A stretch of DNA of 41,081 bases from a virus (Duplodnaviria; Caudoviricetes), in the IMG/VR virus record IMGVR_UViG_3300034279_001484, positions 1 through 41,081 of that record. One strand, written 5' to 3'. Below, one piece after another: positions 22,516 to 30,547 of this stretch (the stretch's first letter is position 1; the number at the start of each line of letters is the position of its first letter). The translations under genes were made by a program, and so were the position numbers. The notes beneath the pieces were generated by a model. That model did no database searches, was not told where the DNA came from, and saw only the letters and a list, made by a program, of their open reading frames with translations.

Positions 22516-24522
22516 ATGACTGACATTCGCAAATTGTCCCGCGAAATTGCTGAGGCGCTCCTCAAGGAGTACGCCCCTAGTCAGCCGCGAGATAAAAAGG
22601 GACGCTTTGGCAGCACTGGAGGCGGTGGGGGCGGCGGAGGCGCAGTAGATGTTTCAGGCGTTCCGTCGCACGCACGGATGCGCGATCTCTCTCCTGGAAG
22701 CCCAACCATCGGGAAAGATGTGCAGGTAACTTTCGCAACGCTTCCAGCAAAAACGCAAAGCGACTTGGGAAAACTTCGCAGCGAAGGCGGACACAGCCTT
22801 ACTCCGCACATCAACGAACGCGGAACATTGTCTCCAGAGCGCGCAGCGTTTCACCGAGATCTTGTCAGTCGGCAAATTCTTAGCGAAGCCGAAGTTGCCA
22901 GCGCTGGAGTTGCCCGCGCAGACGGCAAGCCAACGCTAGTCATTCTTGGCGGAGGCGGCGGCGCTGGAAAGTCAACGCTCCTAGACACAATTGATACCAA
23001 AGACCCTGCGTTCAAGAAAGACTTGGAAGCGCTTGGCATTGTGGTTCCTTCCGCAAAAATTAAGCACAACGAAGACGGAACCAGCACAAAAATTGACGAC
23101 TCACCTGGAGTGCGACGAACTGCTGCGGTTGTAAATGCTGACCATGCAAAAGCAGGAATCTGGTCTGCCAAAGAAGACACTCGCGGAGCAACTGAAATTA
23201 CCAGCGGTGGCACAACCAAGCCGATGACGGCAGCGGGGCGTGTTCACGAAGAGTCGTCAGTAATTGCACAGCGAGCGGTGGAAGTCAACCTATCTCGTGG
23301 CGCGGATGTGATCCTTGACGGAACTGGCGACGGATCGGCAGAAAAGCGAATGGCTCAATTTGAGGGAGCATCCACAACGCACGATGTTGTGGGAGTGTTC
23401 GTTACCACAAGAATTGGCACAACCGCAGACGATGGCGTTCGCGGAGATGTTGGGCGAAGAAACGGCAAGCCAATGACCCTAACTGACGGTTCATCAATGG
23501 TTCGCTCTGTCCCAGACGATTTGATCGTTACGGCGCATCGGGCTTCTAACGCCGCATTCCTCCAAGGCGTTTCAAAGCCAGGCAGCATGTTCCATCGCGC
23601 CGTTGTCTACGAACGCACACCAGTAGTCGGGACAAACGGAAAGCAAACCCTGGACAGCGCTGGACGACCACAATACAAATTCACGCTTGCTGGTCACTAC
23701 GAAGCAGGTGTATTCCGAGAAATTGTCCCTGGAATTAGGCAGCGCATGGCTGCTCGCGCAAGGACTGACGAACAGGGAAGAGACATTGGGTTGCCAACTG
23801 ATTTTGGTTTGAACGAAGCAATTCGTGAGGCTGGCGAGGAAGTCCAGGGCGGAAGCAACTTGCCGTATTGGGTTTTGCTTGACCTTTATTCGGAAATTCT
23901 TCGCGGCACATCCGAAGACGAATCTGCAGTGCTAGACGAGTACCCAGAGGCTCAAGCGGACTGGGATCGTGTTTCTGCCTATGTCGCCTCCGCGCCAGAA
24001 GATGTTGTCATTGACCTGCCAGCAGAAATCAGCACGCGAAGCATCAATTTGCAAAGCATCTACCCAAACTCGCCAGACCAGGAGCCATCGTCCCTTGGAG
24101 TTAAGGAGGCAGCAATGCCGTTGGCTCCTCACGACAATGCGCTGTACGACGCCTACGAAAAGATTCTGGCGCAGCACGGTAAGTGGGCGCAGGGCGGCGC
24201 AGATGGCGCCCGATACCTGAACGAATCCCCATCGCTGGCTAAGGGAATCATGTGCGGAAATTGCGTTTTCTACATTGAAGGCGGCGCTTGTGAGTTGGTT
24301 GAGGGAATCATCCGACCAGAAGGCGGATGCAAACTCAACATCCCTGAGCCGATCACCGAAGGCACACCAGGGCGCAGAAGGGCGTTGCGTGCTTTGGCGC
24401 GTGCTAAGGTAAAAAACAAACTTCGTGTTAAGGCTGGAAAAAAGCCTATCATCGCTGGCAAAGAGATCGCAGTTAGCACTTATGTCAATGAGTATGGAGA
24501 CCCAAGAAAGGGTAAAGAATGA
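22516..24522 (+). CDS. Polyprotein: QPRDxKGRF signal, zeta-toxin-like P-loop kinase, acidic helical domain, HiPIP-like Cys domain and basic tail
   Basis: LGGGGGAGKST, VNADHAK, VHEESS and VILDGTG (zeta/AAA_33-like); CGNCVFY...CELVEG.I.PEGGC. Confidence 0.82.
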   Translation: MTDIRKLSREIAEALLKEYAPSQPRDKKGRFGSTGGGGGGGGAVDVSGVPSHARMRDLSPGSPTIGKDVQVTFATLPAKTQSDLGKLRSEGGHSLTPHINERGTLSPERAAFHRDLVSRQILSEAEVASAGVARADGKPTLVILGGGGGAGKSTLLDTIDTKDPAFKKDLEALGIVVPSAKIKHNEDGTSTKIDDSPGVRRTAAVVNADHAKAGIWSAKEDTRGATEITSGGTTKPMTAAGRVHEESSVIAQRAVEVNLSRGADVILDGTGDGSAEKRMAQFEGASTTHDVVGVFVTTRIGTTADDGVRGDVGRRNGKPMTLTDGSSMVRSVPDDLIVTAHRASNAAFLQGVSKPGSMFHRAVVYERTPVVGTNGKQTLDSAGRPQYKFTLAGHYEAGVFREIVPGIRQRMAARARTDEQGRDIGLPTDFGLNEAIREAGEEVQGGSNLPYWVLLDLYSEILRGTSEDESAVLDEYPEAQADWDRVSAYVASAPEDVVIDLPAEISTRSINLQSIYPNSPDQEPSSLGVKEAAMPLAPHDNALYDAYEKILAQHGKWAQGGADGARYLNESPSLAKGIMCGNCVFYIEGGACELVEGIIRPEGGCKLNIPEPITEGTPGRRRALRALARAKVKNKLRVKAGKKPIIAGKEIAVSTYVNEYGDPRKGKE

Positions 24523-26747
24523 CGCCTGACGAGTTGAACGCAGACCTCGTAATCGGAAGCCGCGAAGATGTCGCCGCTGCCGTTGAGATTCTTAAGGAAG
24601 AGGATCGTGACGGTCTCCGATCATTTGTGACCCATGCCGCCGCCGCTGTTGATGCGGCTGATTTGATTCCATCCGACTGGAGCGCCCCTGTTGAGGTTCC
24701 AGCAGAAGAGATCGTCCCCGTTGAAGAGATCCCAAGTGGCGATGAGGCTGAAGGCGTTGTTATGGAGGCTGTTGAGCCGACAGGCAGCGTTGTAGATGTC
24801 CTGCTGATCCAGCCAGGGATGTCAAAGAATCGCCGCCGCTATTCCGAATCCACACTCCGCGATGCCGTTCCGCTTTTTGAAGGCGCACGGGCATTTGCTG
24901 GCAAGGGAATTGACCACAACCCAGACGAGCGCGGGGTGCGATCCCTGGTTGGCTGGTACACAAATGCCCGCTGGGTAGACAAGGCGCCACACCCAACCAA
25001 GAAGGGCGCAACTGTTTCTGGCGTTGCAGCCAATTTCCATGTTTCTGAGGCTGCGCCTTGGCTCAAGGCAATGATGGCTGATTCAATCAAGCGCGGCAAG
25101 CCAGATCTTGTCGGCTTCTCCATCGTCGGCGACGGCGAAACCGCACTGGTGCGCGAGGCACGCAGCCAGTTTATTGATGTAACGAAGATCAACACCATTG
25201 AAAGTGTTGATGTCGTTGTAAACCCCGCTGCAGGCGGTATGCCAATGCGCTTGGTAGCAAGTGCAAATAGCGTACCAACTGGTATTGATTGGGGTATTAT
25301 CAATCGCAGTGAGGCTCTTAGCCTCATTGCAGAAGGCGTTTTGCTCCCTGAAGAACTCATGGAGAAACGCGCAGATCTCTACGAGCAGTTGCTCGCAGAG
25401 GCAGTTGTTGCGCTTCAGGCGCAGAAGGAGAACGGAACAGTGGAGAACCAGACGGAGACTACCGTCGTGGATACCGTTACCGAGAAGGTCGGCGCGGTTA
25501 TCACGAAGGCTCTCGTTGAGGCTCGCCTTGCTGGTGTCACTCTTCCCGATAGCGCCAAGAAGCGCGTTCGGGAGGCGACCGAGGGCAAGGTGCTTGACGA
25601 GACCGCTATTGACGCAGTGGTGAAGGCGGAAGCCGACTACATTGCAGAACTCACCAAGCCAGCCGTTACCGACGCCGCTGCAGTTGTGACCGATGTGGTC
25701 GCCCCTGCCGACAAGGTAAAGGAGGCGGTGTATCAGATCGTTGCTGGCAAGTCCAGCCAGTCCATCAAGGGACTGTATGTGGATCTTTCAAACGACCGCT
25801 CGTTCACGGGCAAGATTCAGGAGGGCGCGGTACTTGCCGAGGCTCTTACCGTTTCGTCGTTTGACCAGATTCTCGGCGATTCCATCACCCGCCGAATGCT
25901 TGAGTATTACAACCAGCCAGGGCTGGATCAGTGGCGCAAGTTGGTGTCAGTTGGCTCGGTCAACGACATGCGAACCCAGCGCCGCATCCGCTTCGGTGGC
26001 TACAACAACCTGTCAGTGGTAACTGAGGGAAGCGCTTACGGCGCTCTCACCAGCCCAACGGACGAGGAAGCCACCTACGCTCCGAGCAAGAAGGGCGGCA
26101 CCGAGGTAATCACGATGGAAATGATCGTGAACGATGACCTTGGCGCCATCCGCGACATCCCGCGCCGACTTGGACGGGCTGCCGCTCAGACCCTTCACGA
26201 GTTTGTGTTTGACATCCTCAAGGACAACGGTGCGATCTACGACAGCGTTGCGCTGTTCCATGCTTCGCACGGCAACCTGGGCAGCACCGCTTTGACGGCT
26301 GCTTCGCTCAAGGCTGCTCGCCTTCAGATGCTCAAGCAGGCTGATGTCTCAAACAGCAAGCGCCTTGGCATTACGCCAAAGTATCTTGTGATCCCAGTGG
26401 ATCTTGAGCAGGATGCCTTCACAATCTTGAACTCGGTCTTCCTCCCATCGGGCGTCGGCACGGCTGCTCCATCGGACGCGAACTATGCTCGCACCTTTGG
26501 TCTTGAGCCAGTGTCGGTTCCTTACTGGACAGACACGAACAACTGGTTCCTGGTCGCTTCGCCAATGGATGTTCCGACAATTGAAGTCGGCTTCCTCAAT
26601 GGCAAGGAAGACCCAGAACTCTTCGTTCAGGATCAGCCTGTCAACGGCAGCATGTTCAGCAATGACAAGATCACTTACAAGGTTCGCCACATTTACGGTG
26701 GTGCAGTCCTTGATTACCGTGGTCTGCAGGGCAACATCGTCGCCTAA
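24519..26747 (+). CDS. Prohead protease-scaffold-major capsid protein fusion (Mu gpT-like capsid domain)
   Basis: Protease motifs G.SKNRRRYS, DH, GFSI and SVDVVVNPAAGG; capsid motifs IVNDDLGAIRDIP..LGRAA, LFHASHGNL, PKYLVIP.DLE and YKVRH.YGG..LDYRG. Confidence 0.92.
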   Translation: MTPDELNADLVIGSREDVAAAVEILKEEDRDGLRSFVTHAAAAVDAADLIPSDWSAPVEVPAEEIVPVEEIPSGDEAEGVVMEAVEPTGSVVDVLLIQPGMSKNRRRYSESTLRDAVPLFEGARAFAGKGIDHNPDERGVRSLVGWYTNARWVDKAPHPTKKGATVSGVAANFHVSEAAPWLKAMMADSIKRGKPDLVGFSIVGDGETALVREARSQFIDVTKINTIESVDVVVNPAAGGMPMRLVASANSVPTGIDWGIINRSEALSLIAEGVLLPEELMEKRADLYEQLLAEAVVALQAQKENGTVENQTETTVVDTVTEKVGAVITKALVEARLAGVTLPDSAKKRVREATEGKVLDETAIDAVVKAEADYIAELTKPAVTDAAAVVTDVVAPADKVKEAVYQIVAGKSSQSIKGLYVDLSNDRSFTGKIQEGAVLAEALTVSSFDQILGDSITRRMLEYYNQPGLDQWRKLVSVGSVNDMRTQRRIRFGGYNNLSVVTEGSAYGALTSPTDEEATYAPSKKGGTEVITMEMIVNDDLGAIRDIPRRLGRAAAQTLHEFVFDILKDNGAIYDSVALFHASHGNLGSTALTAASLKAARLQMLKQADVSNSKRLGITPKYLVIPVDLEQDAFTILNSVFLPSGVGTAAPSDANYARTFGLEPVSVPYWTDTNNWFLVASPMDVPTIEVGFLNGKEDPELFVQDQPVNGSMFSNDKITYKVRHIYGGAVLDYRGLQGNIVA

Positions 26748-26773
26748 GCAAGCACTCAACTAGGGGTATGATC

Positions 26774-26804
26774 TGAGGGAGTCGGGATTAGCCCGACTCC
26801 CTCA
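26774..26804 (+). terminator. Strong hairpin after the capsid gene (terminator/attenuator)
   Basis: 13-bp stem TGAGGGAGTCGGG/CCCGACTCCCTCA, then TTCATCTTCT. Confidence 0.7.
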
Positions 26805-26871
26805 TTCATCTTCTGGCGACGGCGGCGGTTCCCCTAGCGTCGTCGTCGCCAGGAGTCCAAAGGAGAATTAA

Positions 26872-27603
26872 ATGCCATACAACGGAATCAACGGGATGGG
26901 AACTTACTCGCTGGGCGATGCCTTGACGGTTGTCAAGTCAATTCTGCGAGATACCACTGCAGTGGCTGACGCCCGTTTGCTTTCCGATGATGAAATTGTC
27001 AACTGCATTCACCGAGCAGAGAACCGCTATTCTGCGGACAAGCCGCGAGAAAAGGTTCACGACATTGTTGGGGATGGGACTGCCTGGGCATCTTTGCCAG
27101 CGGATTACACGCCTGACTCCAGCGCGATTATTCGGATGGAATCGCCCATTGACAACACTCCGCCATCCTGGGTGGATAACCGCGATTACATTTTGATGCC
27201 TTACGGGGTCAACAGCACCCCAAAAATTCGCTGGACACGAGTCTTCCCTTCCACGGGCGAAACTGTTCGCCTCTACTATTACATTGATCGCTCCTACGGA
27301 ACGGCAGCGTCTGGAACTACTATTTTGGACGAAGACCATTTTGCTGTTTGCGATTTGGCTGTTTCGTATTGCGCCGCAGACATCGGCAACAAGTACGCCA
27401 GGGCGCATGAGCCGATCTTGGGAGCAGACACTGTTGATTACGGCGCCAAGGGGCAAAACTGGATTAGCATTTCAGAGCATTATTTGAAGCGCTACGAGGA
27501 TGCCGTTGCCGACGGTGTTAAGTATGGTTCATCATTCCTTAACTGGGATGTTCAGCCGTTCCCAACCCGCGATTACCTGTTCCATCGCAAGATGAGCCGA
27601 TGA
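26872..27603 (+). CDS. Head-tail adaptor / head completion protein
   Basis: First gene after the capsid gene; LRD......LLSDDEI pattern. Confidence 0.7.
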   Translation: MPYNGINGMGTYSLGDALTVVKSILRDTTAVADARLLSDDEIVNCIHRAENRYSADKPREKVHDIVGDGTAWASLPADYTPDSSAIIRMESPIDNTPPSWVDNRDYILMPYGVNSTPKIRWTRVFPSTGETVRLYYYIDRSYGTAASGTTILDEDHFAVCDLAVSYCAADIGNKYARAHEPILGADTVDYGAKGQNWISISEHYLKRYEDAVADGVKYGSSFLNWDVQPFPTRDYLFHRKMSR

Positions 27604-28172
27604 GCCTCGCGGGGCGCATCACTCTTATCTTCCGCGACTTCACTGGGTTTCGCGGAAAGTACACGCCACAACTCATCATGGCGGCTCAATACGAAGCGAC
27701 AAAAGCAGGCGTTACATACCTGTACCCAAAACTAGTGCGAGCCACTCCAGTCGGAGCGACGGCAATGTTGCGCCAGTCAACACTTTTTACGCCCCCGCGC
27801 TACGCCATGAGTTCAACTGAGGGTCGCCCAGGCTGGGAGGTTTCATCAACAATCGGCGCGACGGGAGGGGCAAGCCTCTATGTTGAGTTCGTGGAGCATG
27901 GGCGTCGCCCAGGGAAGTTCCCGCCAGTTGAGCCAATTCGCAAATGGGTTCGCCGAGTCCTTGGCATTACAGGGGCTTCCCAAATCCGTAGCGTTGCCTT
28001 CCTGGTCGCCAGGAAAATTGCCCGAAAAGGAACGCCAGCCACAAACTTTACCGCCATAACCGCACAAAAGGAGGAAGGGACGACTAAGATGTTCATGAAA
28101 ATGGCTGCCTCTAGGGTCTTGAACAACCCGCCAAAATCAGCCATCCAGACAGTTGAGCGAAAGGGCGGATGA
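27600..28172 (+). CDS. HK97 gp10-like neck/tail completion protein
   Basis: YVEFVEHGRRPGKFPP...IRKWV...AFLVARKIARKGT motif. Confidence 0.78.
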   Translation: MSLAGRITLIFRDFTGFRGKYTPQLIMAAQYEATKAGVTYLYPKLVRATPVGATAMLRQSTLFTPPRYAMSSTEGRPGWEVSSTIGATGGASLYVEFVEHGRRPGKFPPVEPIRKWVRRVLGITGASQIRSVAFLVARKIARKGTPATNFTAITAQKEEGTTKMFMKMAASRVLNNPPKSAIQTVERKGG

Positions 28173-28660
28173 TGAGCGTCATTGGGCAGCACGCTGCGGC
28201 ATTGAAAACAGCGCTAGAAGGAATTACCGACATTGGCGTGGTGTACGACTACCAGCCCTACCCAAAAAATGACTGGGCGCAGTTTATTGACACGCTCACG
28301 GTAAAGATTGGCGGGCAGCGCCAAGTTCGTGCCTGGACAATTCAGTACGATGGCGAAAACCGCGACTACCAGGTGGTTGGCATTGGCAGCGTCAAGACAA
28401 TCCGCTCCCTGAACTACATCATTCGGGGACACCTATCGTGGAGCAACCCAACCAGCGACAAGGCGTTCCGAGACCTGGTAGAGCAGGTCGCCACAGCCGT
28501 TGACACGGCTCGGTCGCTCGGAGGCACCGCCCTTGACCATCAACCAGTTACTATTGACCTACCTAATGACGCATCGCCTGTCATGATTGGCGATGTCCTG
28601 TGTCATTATGTTGAGATCAGGGTAATTGTTAAAGCAGTGGAAACACTGTCAGCAGTATAG
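28169..28660 (+). CDS. Probable tail terminator
   Basis: Size and position before the tail tube; R.LGG motif. Confidence 0.6.
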   Translation: MMSVIGQHAAALKTALEGITDIGVVYDYQPYPKNDWAQFIDTLTVKIGGQRQVRAWTIQYDGENRDYQVVGIGSVKTIRSLNYIIRGHLSWSNPTSDKAFRDLVEQVATAVDTARSLGGTALDHQPVTIDLPNDASPVMIGDVLCHYVEIRVIVKAVETLSAV

Positions 28661-28669
28661 GAGAGTCAA

Positions 28670-28852
28670 ATGTCTGATAAGGAAGTAAAACTTGAGTATG
28701 TCGGTGGTGACAAGTACATCATTGGCGTTCCTGCAAGTGCTATTGTTGTCAGCGAGCAAGAGGCAGCGGCGCTAGTCGCCACTGGTCTTTACGCTGCAGA
28801 TAAGCCTGCTATTAAGCAGGCACCAGTTGTAGAAAAGGGAGATGACAAGTGA
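28670..28852 (+). CDS. Small hypothetical structural-region protein
   Basis: AGGAG RBS; LEYVG..YIIGVPA motif. Confidence 0.72.
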   Translation: MSDKEVKLEYVGGDKYIIGVPASAIVVSEQEAAALVATGLYAADKPAIKQAPVVEKGDDK

Positions 28853-29805
28853 GCATCGGCGTACAAGTTGGGGCTGAGTCTACGGCGGGAACCGCTGCCG
28901 CGACGCTCACCTCTGTTCCTGCGGATTTCACCGCAAAACTCGTTAAGGCAAACAATGTTGTTGAGGAAGTTCGCAGCGGTCAGGACATCCATTTCGCGTC
29001 TCGCCCAGGGGTTGAGTACGAGGAGTGGGCGGTCGGCGACTCTGCTGTCTACCACGACACCATCGGGCTTTGGCTTTCTGCCGCGCTTGGAACACCCACC
29101 AAGGCTGCATTCGCAACAAGCGGCTGGGCGACGACTTTCAAGTTCGCCGACACCCCACGGACGCTGACGCTTGGGGCAACCCAGCCACGCCGCGAAACAG
29201 AGGGCTACAAGATTGTCAACGCAGTAGTTGACAAGTTTGTGCTTACCTTTGATGCCGAAGGCAACTTGACCTATAACTGCAGCGGATTTGGCAAGACGCG
29301 AGCGAGCGGCTACACGCCAACTTATTCGTTCTCGTCCGTAACGCCATTTGTTGCCTGGAAGGGTCAGGTCACATTCAACGGTTCTGGATCTGGCGCTTAC
29401 GCCAAGTTGAAGAAGGGTTCTATTACCTTCACCCGCAACCGCAAGCCGATGTTCACGGTGAACAATGTCGCAACGGCAAACGCCTATACGACTGGCGCCC
29501 GCATGGTTGAGTTTGAGTTGACCTGCGACTTTGCGACTGTTGGCGAGTACGACAAGTACCGCACGGCGGCAACGGATGCGCTTACGATTAAGTGGTCGCA
29601 CCCAACCGAGACGGTTGGCTCTGCCCCAGCCGCCCCAACAATTCAGGTCAAGATCGGCACCGCCTTCATTGAAGACGCCGACATTGACACGGGCGCAGAC
29701 CTGCCAGAGATTACGGTCAAGGGCAAGGCGCTGTACAACGCCGCCGATGCTTCGCTGGCAGTTGTGGTTGTTGAGGGTCTTACGGACTTCACCACGGCTT
29801 CTTAA
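28849..29805 (+). CDS. Major tail (tube) protein
   Basis: 318 aa, beta-rich; G.EST.GT N-terminus; upstream of the chaperone and tape measure genes. Confidence 0.82.
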   Translation: MSIGVQVGAESTAGTAAATLTSVPADFTAKLVKANNVVEEVRSGQDIHFASRPGVEYEEWAVGDSAVYHDTIGLWLSAALGTPTKAAFATSGWATTFKFADTPRTLTLGATQPRRETEGYKIVNAVVDKFVLTFDAEGNLTYNCSGFGKTRASGYTPTYSFSSVTPFVAWKGQVTFNGSGSGAYAKLKKGSITFTRNRKPMFTVNNVATANAYTTGARMVEFELTCDFATVGEYDKYRTAATDALTIKWSHPTETVGSAPAAPTIQVKIGTAFIEDADIDTGADLPEITVKGKALYNAADASLAVVVVEGLTDFTTAS

Positions 29806-29819
29806 TCTGCGATAATCAA

Positions 29820-29856
29820 GATCAGCAACCCAGCCCATGTGGGCTGGGTGCTGGTC
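29820..29856 (+). terminator. Hairpin between tail tube and chaperone genes (attenuator or stabiliser; no U-tract)
   Basis: GATCAGC-A-ACCCAGCCC-ATGT-GGGCTGGGT-GCTGGTC. Confidence 0.5.
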
Positions 29857-29876
29857 ACTAGGGAAAGGGGAATCTC

Positions 29877-30344
29877 ATGGGTTCATTTCGTCAATTGTCG
29901 GTTCGCCGAGCGGCGGACACTCGCACAATCACAATCGCAGACAAGCCAGAACTAGTCGCCGCAGGCGATTGGCTTGGCGAGGGCGAAAGCATCACCTTCT
30001 GGGGTGTGCTTCCCCACGGCGTTGTTCAGGGGATGGTTGCCGCTGGCAGCAGCGCCAAGATTGACCGAACGGGAACGCTATCGGAAATGGGCTGGGACAC
30101 CGCCGCAGCGTTAAGAGCGCGAATTATTGGCGGCATCGTTGATTGGCGCCTCTTTGACGAGGCAGGCATGATTGTTGAGTGGGTTCCAGCAAACGGCGCT
30201 GACCTGCTTGATGGTTTGCCAAATCCTGTTTATCAGTACCTCATGACGGAAATCGGCAAGGAATCACCAAAGTTGCTTTCAGAGGTAAACCCAGACGCCG
30301 CCGCTGACGGTGGAAAGCCTGGTGAAACGCTGGGGGAAGCCTAA
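29877..30344 (+). CDS. Tail assembly chaperone (gpG-like)
   Basis: Between tail tube and tape measure; IVDW.L.DE.G motif; ends on a slippery site. Confidence 0.85.
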   Translation: MGSFRQLSVRRAADTRTITIADKPELVAAGDWLGEGESITFWGVLPHGVVQGMVAAGSSAKIDRTGTLSEMGWDTAAALRARIIGGIVDWRLFDEAGMIVEWVPANGADLLDGLPNPVYQYLMTEIGKESPKLLSEVNPDAAADGGKPGETLGEA

Positions 30345-30544
30345 GCCGCGATTTAGCGGCGGTCTTTTCTGGTCGCAAAGGGAACCAGCCGCCCTGGTTA
30401 TCTGATGTAATGCTCTGCGAAGCCTTCGGATGGTCGTATGATGATGTGAACGAAGCGCCTCATTGGTTTATTGAGCGCTCGCTTGCATACATAGCGGCAA
30501 AAAGAAAAGCAGAAAACAAAGCGCGTGAGAAGGGCGGAAAATAG
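30332..30544 (+). CDS. -1 frameshift extension of the tail assembly chaperone (gpGT-like)
   Basis: G GGG GAA heptamer at 30332-30338; the -1 frame is open to TAG 30544 (...MLCEAFGWSYDDVNEAPHWFIER...) and fills the gap to the tape measure gene. Confidence 0.82.
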   Translation, partial: GGSLSRDLAAVFSGRKGNQPPWLSDVMLCEAFGWSYDDVNEAPHWFIERSLAYIAAKRKAENKAREKGGK

Positions 30545-30547
30545 TCG

